Shown in pieces: positions 54,398 through 63,438 of a stretch of 64,000 bases of DNA. This DNA comes from Gammaproteobacteria bacterium (GTDB lineage: Bacteria > Pseudomonadota > Gammaproteobacteria > Steroidobacterales > GCA-2729495): positions 2,101 through 66,100 of the forward strand of contig JADZBS010000030.1 in assembly GCA_020851975.1 (NCBI GenBank). The letters are read 5' to 3'. A program made the position numbers and the translations under genes. The notes beneath the pieces were generated by a model that was not told the DNA's origin, did not search any database, and saw nothing but the letters and a program-made list of their open reading frames with translations. Position 1 is the first letter of the stretch. Every line of letters begins with the position of its first letter.

Positions 54398-55573
54398 TCA
54401 GCTCACGAACCGGTTGCGCCTCATCCAGTCCATGCACACCAGCGCCCCTTCGCGGGCCTTGTCCGGCTGGTTGAAGTAGTAGTGGTTGGCGCCCTGGATG
54501 GTCACCAGTTCCTTGTTGCTGTGACGGATCGAATCGAAGAGGAGCTGGTTGTGGCTCGGCGGGCAGCCGTCGTCGGCCGAATTGGCGACGATCAGGATCG
54601 GGACCTTGATGCGCGAGGCGCACTTCGGCCCGTTGGCATTGGACTCGTCGTAACTCCACTGCGAGAGCCAGCTGCGCAGCGAGCAGAACCGGGCCAGACC
54701 GATCGGGCTCATGTTGACGATCTTCGGATCGCCGAGGAAGCACCACTGCGGCTTGCGATCGTTGGCATCCAGCGTGGGGTCGAGCCAGCGCGGGTCGGCC
54801 ATCGTGCCCTGCACGACGAAGGACAGTTCCAGGTTGGCCTGCCCCTTCGACTTGTAGTCGTCGAGCACGCCGCGGACCCAGGCGGTGATGCGCCGGTTGC
54901 GCTCGATCTGCGCCGCGCGGTAGCGGGCCACGAACTCCGGGGCGTAGGGCGCCTGCGGGCCCCTCGGGTCATACAGGTCGAGCGAGCGGTCGCGTCTGGT
55001 GAAGTCCCGCTCGTCGGTGATCGACGCATCGAGCCACTCGGTCAGCGTGAGATTGCGCGCCAGGTGCGCCGCCAGCAGCATCACGCCGTCCACCGGGATC
55101 ATGCCGAGCGCAGTCAGGTCGGGCGGTTCCTGCGCCGGCGTGCAGGTCACGCGCGGATCCTCGGCCTCGGCCTGGTAGAACAGCGACAGCGAGCCGCCGC
55201 CGCTCCAGCCGCCGAGCAGGATCTTCTCGTAGCCGAGCCTGTCGCGGGCGTCGCGCACACACGCGGCCAGGTCGACCACGACCTTCTCCATGATCAGCGA
55301 GTAGTCGATGCCGCGGTAGCGGCTGCCGCACACGATGACGTCGACGCCCGCCCGGGCGAGCGCGAGCGGCATCGGCAGGTACTGGCCACCGCCGATCGGG
55401 TGCATGAAGATCACGACGGTCTTCGACTTCACGCCTTTCGGCTTGAGCAGGTGCGCCTCCAGCACGACACGACCGATCTCGCCCGCGTAGGTGTCCTTGA
55501 ATCCCGCCTGTTCCTGGAATCGGATCAGGAAAGGAATGCGGTCGTACTCCAGTTCGGTGCGGGTCTCGGCCAT
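54398..55573 (-). CDS. Alpha/beta hydrolase family protein
   Basis: Nucleophile elbow GGWSGGG and a typical alpha/beta layout. ATG 55573 chosen; the long upstream extension in the track lacks coding bias. Confidence 0.7.
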   Translation of the reverse strand: MAETRTELEYDRIPFLIRFQEQAGFKDTYAGEIGRVVLEAHLLKPKGVKSKTVVIFMHPIGGGQYLPMPLALARAGVDVIVCGSRYRGIDYSLIMEKVVVDLAACVRDARDRLGYEKILLGGWSGGGSLSLFYQAEAEDPRVTCTPAQEPPDLTALGMIPVDGVMLLAAHLARNLTLTEWLDASITDERDFTRRDRSLDLYDPRGPQAPYAPEFVARYRAAQIERNRRITAWVRGVLDDYKSKGQANLELSFVVQGTMADPRWLDPTLDANDRKPQWCFLGDPKIVNMSPIGLARFCSLRSWLSQWSYDESNANGPKCASRIKVPILIVANSADDGCPPSHNQLLFDSIRHSNKELVTIQGANHYYFNQPDKAREGALVCMDWMRRNRFVS

Positions 55574-55721
55574 GGTGTCTGTCCTGCAGTTGTGTGCTGA
55601 TGCCCGGAGATCTCCGGGTGCGGGTTCAAGTTGGAAGGCGATCGATTCTAGTCGCAGCCCGGGGAAGCGGCAACGAGCAGGCACGGCTGCGACGCGCACA
55701 TGACGAGCGGACTTGACCGGG

Positions 55722-55736
55722 TGGCACGACCATGGC
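55722..55736 (+). promoter_or_regulatory. Sigma-54-like -24/-12 element TGGCACGACCATGGC
   Basis: GG and GC are at the canonical spacing, with one mismatch to TGGCACG-N4-TTGC. It lies about 200 nt upstream of the TonB-dependent receptor gene. No enhancer-binding-protein gene is in the window. Confidence 0.25.
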
Positions 55737-55802
55737 GACACTGCCCGTGCCGGGTGTCCGGGAGAGCATGGTTGCGGGGACGCCCCGCCGGCCGGCCGGC
55801 GG

Positions 55803-55824
55803 CGATCGTCAAGTCGATCGTCAA
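55803..55824 (+). promoter_or_regulatory. Tandem direct repeat CGATCGTCAA-gt-CGATCGTCAA; candidate transcription-factor site abutting a putative -35
   Basis: Two perfect 10-mers at a 12-bp period, read directly. They end 5 nt before TTGCGC. Confidence 0.35.
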
Positions 55825-55829
55825 CCATA

Positions 55830-55858
55830 TTGCGCACATGGGGAAGTTGGTTTAAATT
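55830..55858 (+). promoter_or_regulatory. Candidate sigma-70 promoter for the TonB-dependent receptor gene
   Basis: TTGCGC-N17-TAAATT, about 80 nt upstream of ATG 55938. Confidence 0.35.
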
Positions 55859-55937
55859 CGGCCGGCCGGCCCGGTGGGGCCCGGCCGAAGCGACCGAGAG
55901 CGCAGGGGATTCACAGCAATAGCCAGGGGGACCGGGC

Positions 55938-58376
55938 ATGACCACGGGATTCGATTTGCAGAAGCGCAGCCTGCTGGCTGCGGGCTACGCAGCGCTGGTG
56001 CTGGGCAGCGCCGCCGGCAGCGGCGCGATAGCCCAGGAGCAGAAGGCCACGGGCACGCTGGGCGAGATCATCGTCACCACGACCAAGCGTGAAGAGACGC
56101 TTCAGGACGTGCCGATCTCGGTCGGTGTCGTCACCGGCAAGGCCGTCCAGGAGTTCGGCATGCAGGGCTTCGAGGAGATCCAGAACCACGTGCCGAACCT
56201 GGTCATCCAGGAAACCCTCGGCAGCTACCAGATCCGCATCCGCGGCCTCGGGTCAGGCGCCTCCCAGTTGTCGTTCGTGAGCGCCGTCGGCACGTTCGTG
56301 GACGGCGTCTACTGCGGCCGGCCGCGCTGCTTCCAGAATCCGCTCTTCGACATCGAGCGCATCGAGGTGGTGCGCGGGTCGCAGGGCGCGTTGTTCGGCA
56401 AGAACACCATCGCCGGTGCCGTGAGCACCATCTCCGCGGGTCCCACCGAGGAGCTCGAAGCCGAGTTCAGCACCGGTGTCGAGCTGGCCGAGGGCGGCTA
56501 CAACGTCAGCGGCATCGTCTCGGGTCCGATCTCCGACACGCTCTCCTTCCGGGTCGCGGCCAAGTACGAGGACCTGGACGGCTCCATCAAGAACACATCG
56601 ACCGGCAAGGACGAGAACGCCGTAGAGGCCACGCTCGTGCGCGGCATCCTCGACTGGGATCCGACCGAGGACCTGCACCTGCGGTTCAAGGCCGAGGTGG
56701 CCGAGCGTGACTACGACGGCTACACGACCCAGCTTCTCGCCCTCGGCGGCTATGGCACGCCGAGGCCCTTCTCCATGCCCGAGGCGTTCGACGACAAGAC
56801 CTCGAACAACGTGATCTTCCCGGATGGACAGTTCGACAACACCGACAGCGTGAACTACGCCCTGCAGGTCGACTGGGACCTCGCGGGCGGCTACACGCTG
56901 ACGTCGATCACCGGTGCAGTCAGCTTCGACTTCATCCGCCGGACCACGGCCGTGGGCTACCAGGAACTCTTCGTAGACACCCAGATCCAGGAGGAATACG
57001 AGCAGTACAGCCAGGAACTGCGGCTCCTGTCGCCGACGGGCGGGTTCTTCGATTACGTGCTCGGCCTGTACTACTCGGAAGACGACTCGACGATCGGCCA
57101 GTCCTCGGCGTTCGTGGTTCCGCCCTTCGTGCCGGACGTGCCCGGGTCTGGAGGAACCAACGACCCGAATACGAAGCTCTACACCACCGGCATGCGCGCC
57201 TATCACGGCGAGGGTGACACGCTGTCGGCGTACGCGTCGGGTACGTTCCACTTCTTCGACGACCGCGCACGGGCCATCCTGGGTCTGCGTGTAGGCGAGG
57301 ACACCCTGGACGGCAACTCGTTCCTCGTGAATGCCACGTACAATCGGGCGACCAACCGCTGGACCCGCATCCCGGACTACACCTACATTCCGATCGGTGC
57401 CTCGAACCGGGAGTTCGACATCTCCAGCTACCGCGAGGAAAGCTACACCCTGCCCTCCCTCACGCTGCAGTACGACCTGACGGAAGACGTGAATCTCTAC
57501 GCCTCGTACGCCGAGGGCTTCAAGGGTGGCGGCTTCATCGCCAACGACGGCACCACCGGCCAGAACGTCCAGGCGCAGGCCCTGGCGAACCCGGCCTGGG
57601 GCCTGGAATATGCCGGCATGGCGACCATCAGCGACGTGCAGTTGCACGATGGCATCACGCTGAAGGAGAACAACGGCATCTACGACTACAAGCCGGAGAA
57701 GGCGGACAGCTACGAGATCGGCGCCAAGATGAAGTTCCTGAATGGTGCCGTGAACTGGAACGTGGCGTTGTTCCGCACGGAGTTCGAGAACCTGCAGACC
57801 TCGCAGTACGACGGCGTGCGCTTCATCACGCGCAACGCGGCGGAGGCGACCACGCAGGGTGTCGAGACCGACGTGCAGTGGCTGGTGAACGATTACCTCA
57901 CACTGGGACTGAACGCGGCCTACAACGATGCCGAGTACGACACGTACAAGAACACGTTCTGCAAGGTGATCGACATCCAGGGAACGCTCGATGTCCCGGG
58001 CTGCGTGAACGGACAGGGTGACCTGTCGGGCGAGCGCATCGAACGGGCGCCAGAGTACTCCGGTTCCTTCAATATCGACTGGGAGAGTCCGCTGACGGCC
58101 GGTACGCTGCTGCGGGTCAACGGCGCCATGACCTACTCCGACGACTACTTCATCCAGGCCAACATGTCGCCGCTCTACGAGCAGGACTCGTTCACCAAGT
58201 ACGACCTGCGCGTGGCCGTCGCCGACGCCGACGACAATTGGGAAGTGGCGCTGATCGGGCGCAATCTCTCCGACGAGCTGACGCTGCAGCACGCGTTCCA
58301 GGTCTCGGTGTTCCACGCCGCCTCGGTGTCGACGCCTCGGTACGTGACGCTGCAGGGCACGATGAAGTTCCGCTGA
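55938..58376 (+). CDS. TonB-dependent outer-membrane receptor
   Basis: Signal peptide, plug-domain motifs (EIIVTTTKREETLQDVPISV, IEVVRGSQGALFGKNTIAG) and a long beta-barrel with a C-terminal ...TMKFR. Confidence 0.9.
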   Translation: MTTGFDLQKRSLLAAGYAALVLGSAAGSGAIAQEQKATGTLGEIIVTTTKREETLQDVPISVGVVTGKAVQEFGMQGFEEIQNHVPNLVIQETLGSYQIRIRGLGSGASQLSFVSAVGTFVDGVYCGRPRCFQNPLFDIERIEVVRGSQGALFGKNTIAGAVSTISAGPTEELEAEFSTGVELAEGGYNVSGIVSGPISDTLSFRVAAKYEDLDGSIKNTSTGKDENAVEATLVRGILDWDPTEDLHLRFKAEVAERDYDGYTTQLLALGGYGTPRPFSMPEAFDDKTSNNVIFPDGQFDNTDSVNYALQVDWDLAGGYTLTSITGAVSFDFIRRTTAVGYQELFVDTQIQEEYEQYSQELRLLSPTGGFFDYVLGLYYSEDDSTIGQSSAFVVPPFVPDVPGSGGTNDPNTKLYTTGMRAYHGEGDTLSAYASGTFHFFDDRARAILGLRVGEDTLDGNSFLVNATYNRATNRWTRIPDYTYIPIGASNREFDISSYREESYTLPSLTLQYDLTEDVNLYASYAEGFKGGGFIANDGTTGQNVQAQALANPAWGLEYAGMATISDVQLHDGITLKENNGIYDYKPEKADSYEIGAKMKFLNGAVNWNVALFRTEFENLQTSQYDGVRFITRNAAEATTQGVETDVQWLVNDYLTLGLNAAYNDAEYDTYKNTFCKVIDIQGTLDVPGCVNGQGDLSGERIERAPEYSGSFNIDWESPLTAGTLLRVNGAMTYSDDYFIQANMSPLYEQDSFTKYDLRVAVADADDNWEVALIGRNLSDELTLQHAFQVSVFHAASVSTPRYVTLQGTMKFR

Positions 58377-58407
58377 GAGACACAGGTACTTCCATCGTCC
58401 TCGACTC

Positions 58408-58438
58408 GAAGGGCGGGCTCCGGCCCGCCCTTCTTTTT
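58408..58438 (+). terminator. Rho-independent terminator after the TonB-dependent receptor gene
   Basis: GAAGGGCGGGC-tccg-GCCCGCCCTTC followed by TTTTT. Confidence 0.8.
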
Positions 58439-58467
58439 CCCGGGACGAAAGGCTGAGGAGAATCATC

Positions 58468-59448
58468 ATGAAAGCCCTCGTCTGCACGGCGTTCGGCCCG
58501 ATCGAGGACCTGCGCGTGCAGGACGTGGCTCCACCCGCCCTCGGCGAGGGTGAGGTCCGCATCCGGGTCCAGGCCTGCGGCATCAACTTCCCGGACATCC
58601 TGCTGGTGCAGGGCAAGTACCAGGTGCGCCCGCCGCTGCCCTTCTTCCCGGGTGGCGAGGTGGCCGGGACGATCAGCGAAGTCGGTACCGCCGTGACGGG
58701 CCTGAAGGCCGGCCAACGGGTCATGGCGACCATCTTCTGGGGTGGTCTCGCGGAGGAGGTCGTGGCCCCGGCCAAGGCCATCGTGCCCGTTCCGGATGCC
58801 ATGGACATGCTCTGCGCCGCCGTCTTCCAGGGAGGGCACACCACGGCCTACCACGCATTGCGCCAGCGCGGTGCCCTGAAGCCCGGCGAAACCCTGCTGG
58901 TGCTCGGTGCCGGCGGCGGGGTCGGCATGGCCGCGATGCAGATCGGCCGGGCCATGGGCGCACGCGTGATCGGCGCGGTGGGTTCCGCCCGCAAGGTGGA
59001 GGCCCTGAAGGCCGAGGGCTTCGAAGAGCTGATCGACTACGGCCGCGAGGACCTGCGCGAAGCCGTGCGCACCCTGACCGGCGGTGCGGGGGTCGACGTG
59101 GTGTTCGATCCGGTCGGCGGCGAGCTGTTCGGCCAGGCCTGCCGCACCGCCCGGCGCAACGGGCGCATCCTCATCGTCGGTTTCGCCAGCGGCCAGATCG
59201 GCCAGTACGCCACCAACCTCGCCCTGCTGAAGGAGAACGCCGTCATCGGCGTCAACTACCAGCAGTTCTTCGCCCAGGAGCGCGCCGAGGTGGAGCGCAA
59301 CTTCACCGAACTCATGGCGCTCTACGCGCAGGGCAGGATCAGTCCGCGCATCGACCGGGTCTTCACCCTGGAGGAGGCGGTCGCGGCCCTGGCCACCGTC
59401 GCCGACCGCTCGGTGGTGGGCAAGGTCGTCGTGACCCTCGGGGGCTGA
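58468..59448 (+). CDS. NADPH:quinone oxidoreductase / zinc-type alcohol dehydrogenase superfamily (MDR)
   Basis: MKALV...GEVRIRV.A.GINF.D.L...GKYQ..P.LPF.PG.E.AG... and a GAGGGVG Rossmann motif. Confidence 0.85.
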   Translation: MKALVCTAFGPIEDLRVQDVAPPALGEGEVRIRVQACGINFPDILLVQGKYQVRPPLPFFPGGEVAGTISEVGTAVTGLKAGQRVMATIFWGGLAEEVVAPAKAIVPVPDAMDMLCAAVFQGGHTTAYHALRQRGALKPGETLLVLGAGGGVGMAAMQIGRAMGARVIGAVGSARKVEALKAEGFEELIDYGREDLREAVRTLTGGAGVDVVFDPVGGELFGQACRTARRNGRILIVGFASGQIGQYATNLALLKENAVIGVNYQQFFAQERAEVERNFTELMALYAQGRISPRIDRVFTLEEAVAALATVADRSVVGKVVVTLGG

Positions 59449-59451
59449 CCC

Positions 59452-61026
59452 ATGAGCAGCGGCGACGCCTGGACGGTACGCCACGCCATCGACCTGCTCT
59501 GCCGGTGGAACGCCACCCGCGAGCTGATCATCGAGGAGGGCGCGCGCTATACCGGGGAACGCCTGAACCGCGAGGCCCGCGCGATGGCGCAGGCCCTGCA
59601 GCAGGCCGGCATCGGCCGTGGCGACGTCGTCGCCTTCCTCGGCACGTCGACCTGCCGCTTCTATGCCGCCTTCTTCGCAGCCCAGAAACTCGGCTGCGTC
59701 ACCTGCAACATCAACATGCGCGAGACGGGTGCCTTCATCCACGACACGCTGCGCGGCATCGACGCGCGTGCCGTCATCTGCGCCGACAGCGTCTGCGCGA
59801 CCGTGGCCGAAGCCGTCGGCCGCCTGCCGGTGAGGCGCCCGGTGTTCTCGCTGGGCGACAGGCGGGTGCCGGGTGCCGACCTCGCCTATGGGGAGGCGCT
59901 CGCCCGCCATCCGGCCGACGAGCCGCAGGCCCGGGTTTCGCCCGACGATCCGGCCATCATCATCCTGTCCTCCGGGTCGACCGGCGCACCCAAGGGGATC
60001 GTGCACAGCAATGCGAACTTCGTGCGCTGGATGCGGGCGGCACCGGCCCTGTTCGGGCACGTCTCGCGCAGCACGCGCCTGCTGGTCATCGTCGGCACGT
60101 CGTTCGCGGCCTGGCCGTTTTCGACGGTCTCGGTCCTGTATGGCGGCGGCAGCCTGGTGCTGGTGGAGGGTTTCACGCCGGAGTCCTTCTGCGCGGCCAT
60201 CGAGCGCGAGAAGGCGACCATGGCAGGCCCGGTGCCGACCATGATCCGCATGCTCGACCCCGCGATCACCAGCCGCTACGACCTCAGCTCGCTGCGCATG
60301 ATCCTCTGCGCCGGCGAGCCCCCGTCGCCGACCGACATCGAGCGCGTGCGCTCCTGGGCGGACACGGATATCCGCTGCCTGTATCTCGCCTCCGAGTCGG
60401 CGCCCGGTGCGGCGACCTACTGGGAGCTGCGCGACCAGACGCTCCTCGGCAAGCCGGTCTGCGCCGGCAAGCCCGTGCCGGGTACCGACCTGCGCGTGGT
60501 CGATCCCGAGGGCGGCATCGACGACGTGCTGCCGGCCGGGGAGAGCGGCGAGATCCTGCTGCGCGGCCCGACGATCGCCATGGGCTACCTGAACAATGCC
60601 GAACTGACGGCGCGGCGCTTCGTCGGCGGGTGGTGGCGTTCCGGCGACCTCGGGCACCTGGATGCCGACGGTTTCCTGTACGTCTCGGGGCGCACCGACA
60701 ACACCATCAACAGCGGCGGGATCAAGGTCCAGGGCGAGGAGGTGGAGATCTGCCTCATCGCGCATCCGGGCGTGGCGCAGGTCGCGGTGATCGGCGTCAG
60801 GGACCCGAAGTGGGGCCAGCGCATCGAGGCGCATGTCGCCGTGAAGGGCGGGACGACGGAGGCGGAGCTGCGCGATCACTGCCGCGAGCGCCTCGCGTCC
60901 TTCAAGCAGCCCAAGACCTACGTGTTCCACGAGCAGTTGCCGGTGGGCGCGACCGGCAAGCTCGACCGGGTGGCGCTGCGACGGCGCTACGCGGCAGGCG
61001 ACCCCCGGCCAGGAGAATCGACATGA
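59452..61026 (+). CDS. AMP-dependent acyl-CoA synthetase/ligase
   Basis: SSGSTGAPKGI, the YLASE region, SGDLG..D.DGFLY..GR.D..I..GG.KV and a C-terminal GKLDR. Confidence 0.85.
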   Translation: MSSGDAWTVRHAIDLLCRWNATRELIIEEGARYTGERLNREARAMAQALQQAGIGRGDVVAFLGTSTCRFYAAFFAAQKLGCVTCNINMRETGAFIHDTLRGIDARAVICADSVCATVAEAVGRLPVRRPVFSLGDRRVPGADLAYGEALARHPADEPQARVSPDDPAIIILSSGSTGAPKGIVHSNANFVRWMRAAPALFGHVSRSTRLLVIVGTSFAAWPFSTVSVLYGGGSLVLVEGFTPESFCAAIEREKATMAGPVPTMIRMLDPAITSRYDLSSLRMILCAGEPPSPTDIERVRSWADTDIRCLYLASESAPGAATYWELRDQTLLGKPVCAGKPVPGTDLRVVDPEGGIDDVLPAGESGEILLRGPTIAMGYLNNAELTARRFVGGWWRSGDLGHLDADGFLYVSGRTDNTINSGGIKVQGEEVEICLIAHPGVAQVAVIGVRDPKWGQRIEAHVAVKGGTTEAELRDHCRERLASFKQPKTYVFHEQLPVGATGKLDRVALRRRYAAGDPRPGEST

Positions 61027-61790
61027 GTGCGGTGACGACGCGATTCGACCAGCACGTGCTGCAGATCCGCATCGACAACCCGGCGAAGAAGAACGCGCTG
61101 ACCATGGAGATGTACGACGCCATGAGCGAAGCGCTGGAACGCGCCGAGGCCGATACCGCCGTGCGCGCCGTCGTCTTCAGCGGTGCAGGCGGCAACTTCT
61201 GCTCGGGCAACGACGTCACCGCCTTCCCGGCGGCCGGCTCGGAACCGGGCGGCCCGAACCCGGTCATGCGCTTCGTCGAGGCGCTGGTCCATGCCAGCGT
61301 GCCGATCGTGGCGGCGGTGGAGGGCGTGGCCGCCGGCATCGGCGCCACCATGCTGCTGCATCTCGATGCCGTGGTGGCGAGCGCGGGTTCCAGGATCGTC
61401 TTCCCGTTCGTCAACCTGGCGCTGGTGCCCGAGGCGGGCTCCTCGCTGCTGCTGGTGCGCCTGCTCGGCTACACCCGGGCGGCGGATCTGGTCCTGCGGG
61501 GCGCATCGGTCGACGGCGGCGAAGCACACCGGCTCGGCATCGTCTCGATGCTGGCCGAACCGGATGCGGTCGGCCAGGTGGCGCTCGAGATCGCCGGCGA
61601 GTTCGCGTCCAAGCCGCCGCAGGCGATGCGCCGTTCGAAGCGGCTGATGAAGGGCGACACCGCCGCGCTGATGCAACGGATCCGCGAGGAGGAGCGTGGC
61701 GTCTTCCTCGGCCTGAACTCGGCGGAGGGCGCCGAGGCCGTGCGGGCATTCCGCGAGAAGCGCCGGCCGGATTTCTCGCAGGCAAGGTGA
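61023..61790 (+). CDS. Enoyl-CoA hydratase/isomerase (crotonase) family
   Basis: KKNALT..M, FSGAGGNFCSGND and VAAVEG.A.G.G..... motifs. There is an ATGA overlap with the upstream ligase gene. Confidence 0.85.
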   Translation: MSAVTTRFDQHVLQIRIDNPAKKNALTMEMYDAMSEALERAEADTAVRAVVFSGAGGNFCSGNDVTAFPAAGSEPGGPNPVMRFVEALVHASVPIVAAVEGVAAGIGATMLLHLDAVVASAGSRIVFPFVNLALVPEAGSSLLLVRLLGYTRAADLVLRGASVDGGEAHRLGIVSMLAEPDAVGQVALEIAGEFASKPPQAMRRSKRLMKGDTAALMQRIREEERGVFLGLNSAEGAEAVRAFREKRRPDFSQAR

Positions 61791-61800
61791 GGGAACACCC

Positions 61801-63438
61801 ATGGGCACCCGGCACAAGACTGACCCAGGCACTCCGGCGGCGCCGTCGCCGCGCTTCGAATTCTCCGGTCCGCTGCTGCCGGACTTCGTGCGGCTGAATG
61901 GCCGCTGGTACCCGGACAAGCCCGCGGTCGCCGACGAGCAGGCGACGCTGACCTGGGGAGAGCTCGACCGCTACTCGAATGCGGTGGCCAATGGCCTGCG
62001 CTCGCTCGGTGTGCGCAACGGCGATTCGGTGGCGATCCTGCTCGAGAATTGTGTCGAGTACGTCGAGATACTCTACGGCGCCTGGAAGGCCGGTGCGGTC
62101 GTCGTGCCCCTCAACCTGGCCGTGAACGAGAGCGGCCTGATGATGATGCTGCAGGACGCCACGGTGCGGGTCCTGGTCTGCAGCCCCGCGCAGCGGCAGC
62201 GCCTGGCGGAGCGCCTCGGTGAGGCAACCTCGCTGCTTGCCGATGGCGTCATCGTCCACGATGGCGCCTCGGGGCCCTATGTCCGCTGGCGCGACCGGCA
62301 GAGCATCAGCCAGCCGGCGGTCACCATTGGCGATGACGAGCCCTGCAACATCATCTACAGCTCCGGGACCACCGCGCTTCCCAAGGGCATCAAGCATGTG
62401 CATCGGCGCCGGGTGCAGTCGATCTACGAGCTGGCCATGGCCCATCGCTACCACTACGGGGCCGTGTCGATCTGTCCGATCGGCCTGTATTCGAACACGG
62501 CCTGGGGTTCGCTCATGTGCTCGCTGATCGTCGGGGGCACCTGCCTCATCCGTCGCAAGTTCGATCCCGAGGCCTGGATCGAGGACGTCGAGCGCCACCA
62601 GGTCACCCACGCGATGATGGTGCCGATCATGTTCCAGCGCATCCTCGATGCGCCGAATTTCCGGCCGGCTGCCGTGAAATCGGTGCAGGCGGTGCTTTCC
62701 GGGGGCTCGCCGCTGTTCGAGGGACTCAAGCGCCGCGTGCGGGAGAACTTCTCCTGCGCGGTGATCGAGCTCTACGGGCTGACCGAGGGGTTCATGACCA
62801 CGTTGCAGCCCGAGGAGACCGAGGGCAGGCTGGCTTCTGTCGGCAAGCCGGTGCGCGGCAACGACTACATCCTGCTGGATGACGACGACCGGCAGGTGGC
62901 CTGGGGTGGAACCGGGGAAATCTGCGTGCGCAGCGTGCACTGGATGGTGGAGTACCACAACCGGCCGGACGCCACGCGGGAAGCCATGTTCGTCGACGGC
63001 AGCGGCCTGCAGTGGCTGCGCACCGGAGACGTGGGGCGCACCGATCAGGACGGCTATCTCTACATCATCGACCGCAAGAAGTACATGATCCTCTCCGGCT
63101 GGCAGAACATCTTCCCGGCCGACATCGAGGCGGTGATGGTCGACCATCCGCTCATTGCCGAGGTCGGCGTCATCGGCGTGCCCGACGAGCGCTGGGGGGA
63201 AACCCCGATCGCCATCGTGGTATTGCGCGATGCCGGCGCCGGGGCGGATGCGGCGCAGGCGATCCTCGAGTGGACCAACGAGCGGGTCGGCAAGCGCCAG
63301 CGCATCCGGGAGGTGCGCATACACCCGTCGCTGCCGCGCAACCCGAACGGCAAGATCCTGAAGCGCGAACTGCGGCGCGACTACATCGCCGCCGCCGAGG
63401 CGGTGGCACGCGCCACGGGCCCGAAGGAGAACCGGTAG
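61801..63438 (+). CDS. AMP-dependent acyl-CoA synthetase/ligase
   Basis: YSSGTTALPKGI, YGLTEG, TGDVG..DQDGYLYI.DRKK and GKILKRELR motifs. Confidence 0.85.
   Translation: MGTRHKTDPGTPAAPSPRFEFSGPLLPDFVRLNGRWYPDKPAVADEQATLTWGELDRYSNAVANGLRSLGVRNGDSVAILLENCVEYVEILYGAWKAGAVVVPLNLAVNESGLMMMLQDATVRVLVCSPAQRQRLAERLGEATSLLADGVIVHDGASGPYVRWRDRQSISQPAVTIGDDEPCNIIYSSGTTALPKGIKHVHRRRVQSIYELAMAHRYHYGAVSICPIGLYSNTAWGSLMCSLIVGGTCLIRRKFDPEAWIEDVERHQVTHAMMVPIMFQRILDAPNFRPAAVKSVQAVLSGGSPLFEGLKRRVRENFSCAVIELYGLTEGFMTTLQPEETEGRLASVGKPVRGNDYILLDDDDRQVAWGGTGEICVRSVHWMVEYHNRPDATREAMFVDGSGLQWLRTGDVGRTDQDGYLYIIDRKKYMILSGWQNIFPADIEAVMVDHPLIAEVGVIGVPDERWGETPIAIVVLRDAGAGADAAQAILEWTNERVGKRQRIREVRIHPSLPRNPNGKILKRELRRDYIAAAEAVARATGPKENR

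Noticed and set aside
55574-55937. A cobalamin or other riboswitch in front of the TonB-dependent receptor gene.
   Set aside because: I found no B12-box-like core. If the sigma-70 candidate is real, the leader is only about 75 nt, too short for a cobalamin riboswitch. An Rfam scan would settle it.
58192-60930. A 912-aa antisense ORF spanning the quinone oxidoreductase and ligase genes.
   Set aside because: It crosses two well-supported plus-strand genes and an intergenic gap, so it is a high-GC artefact.
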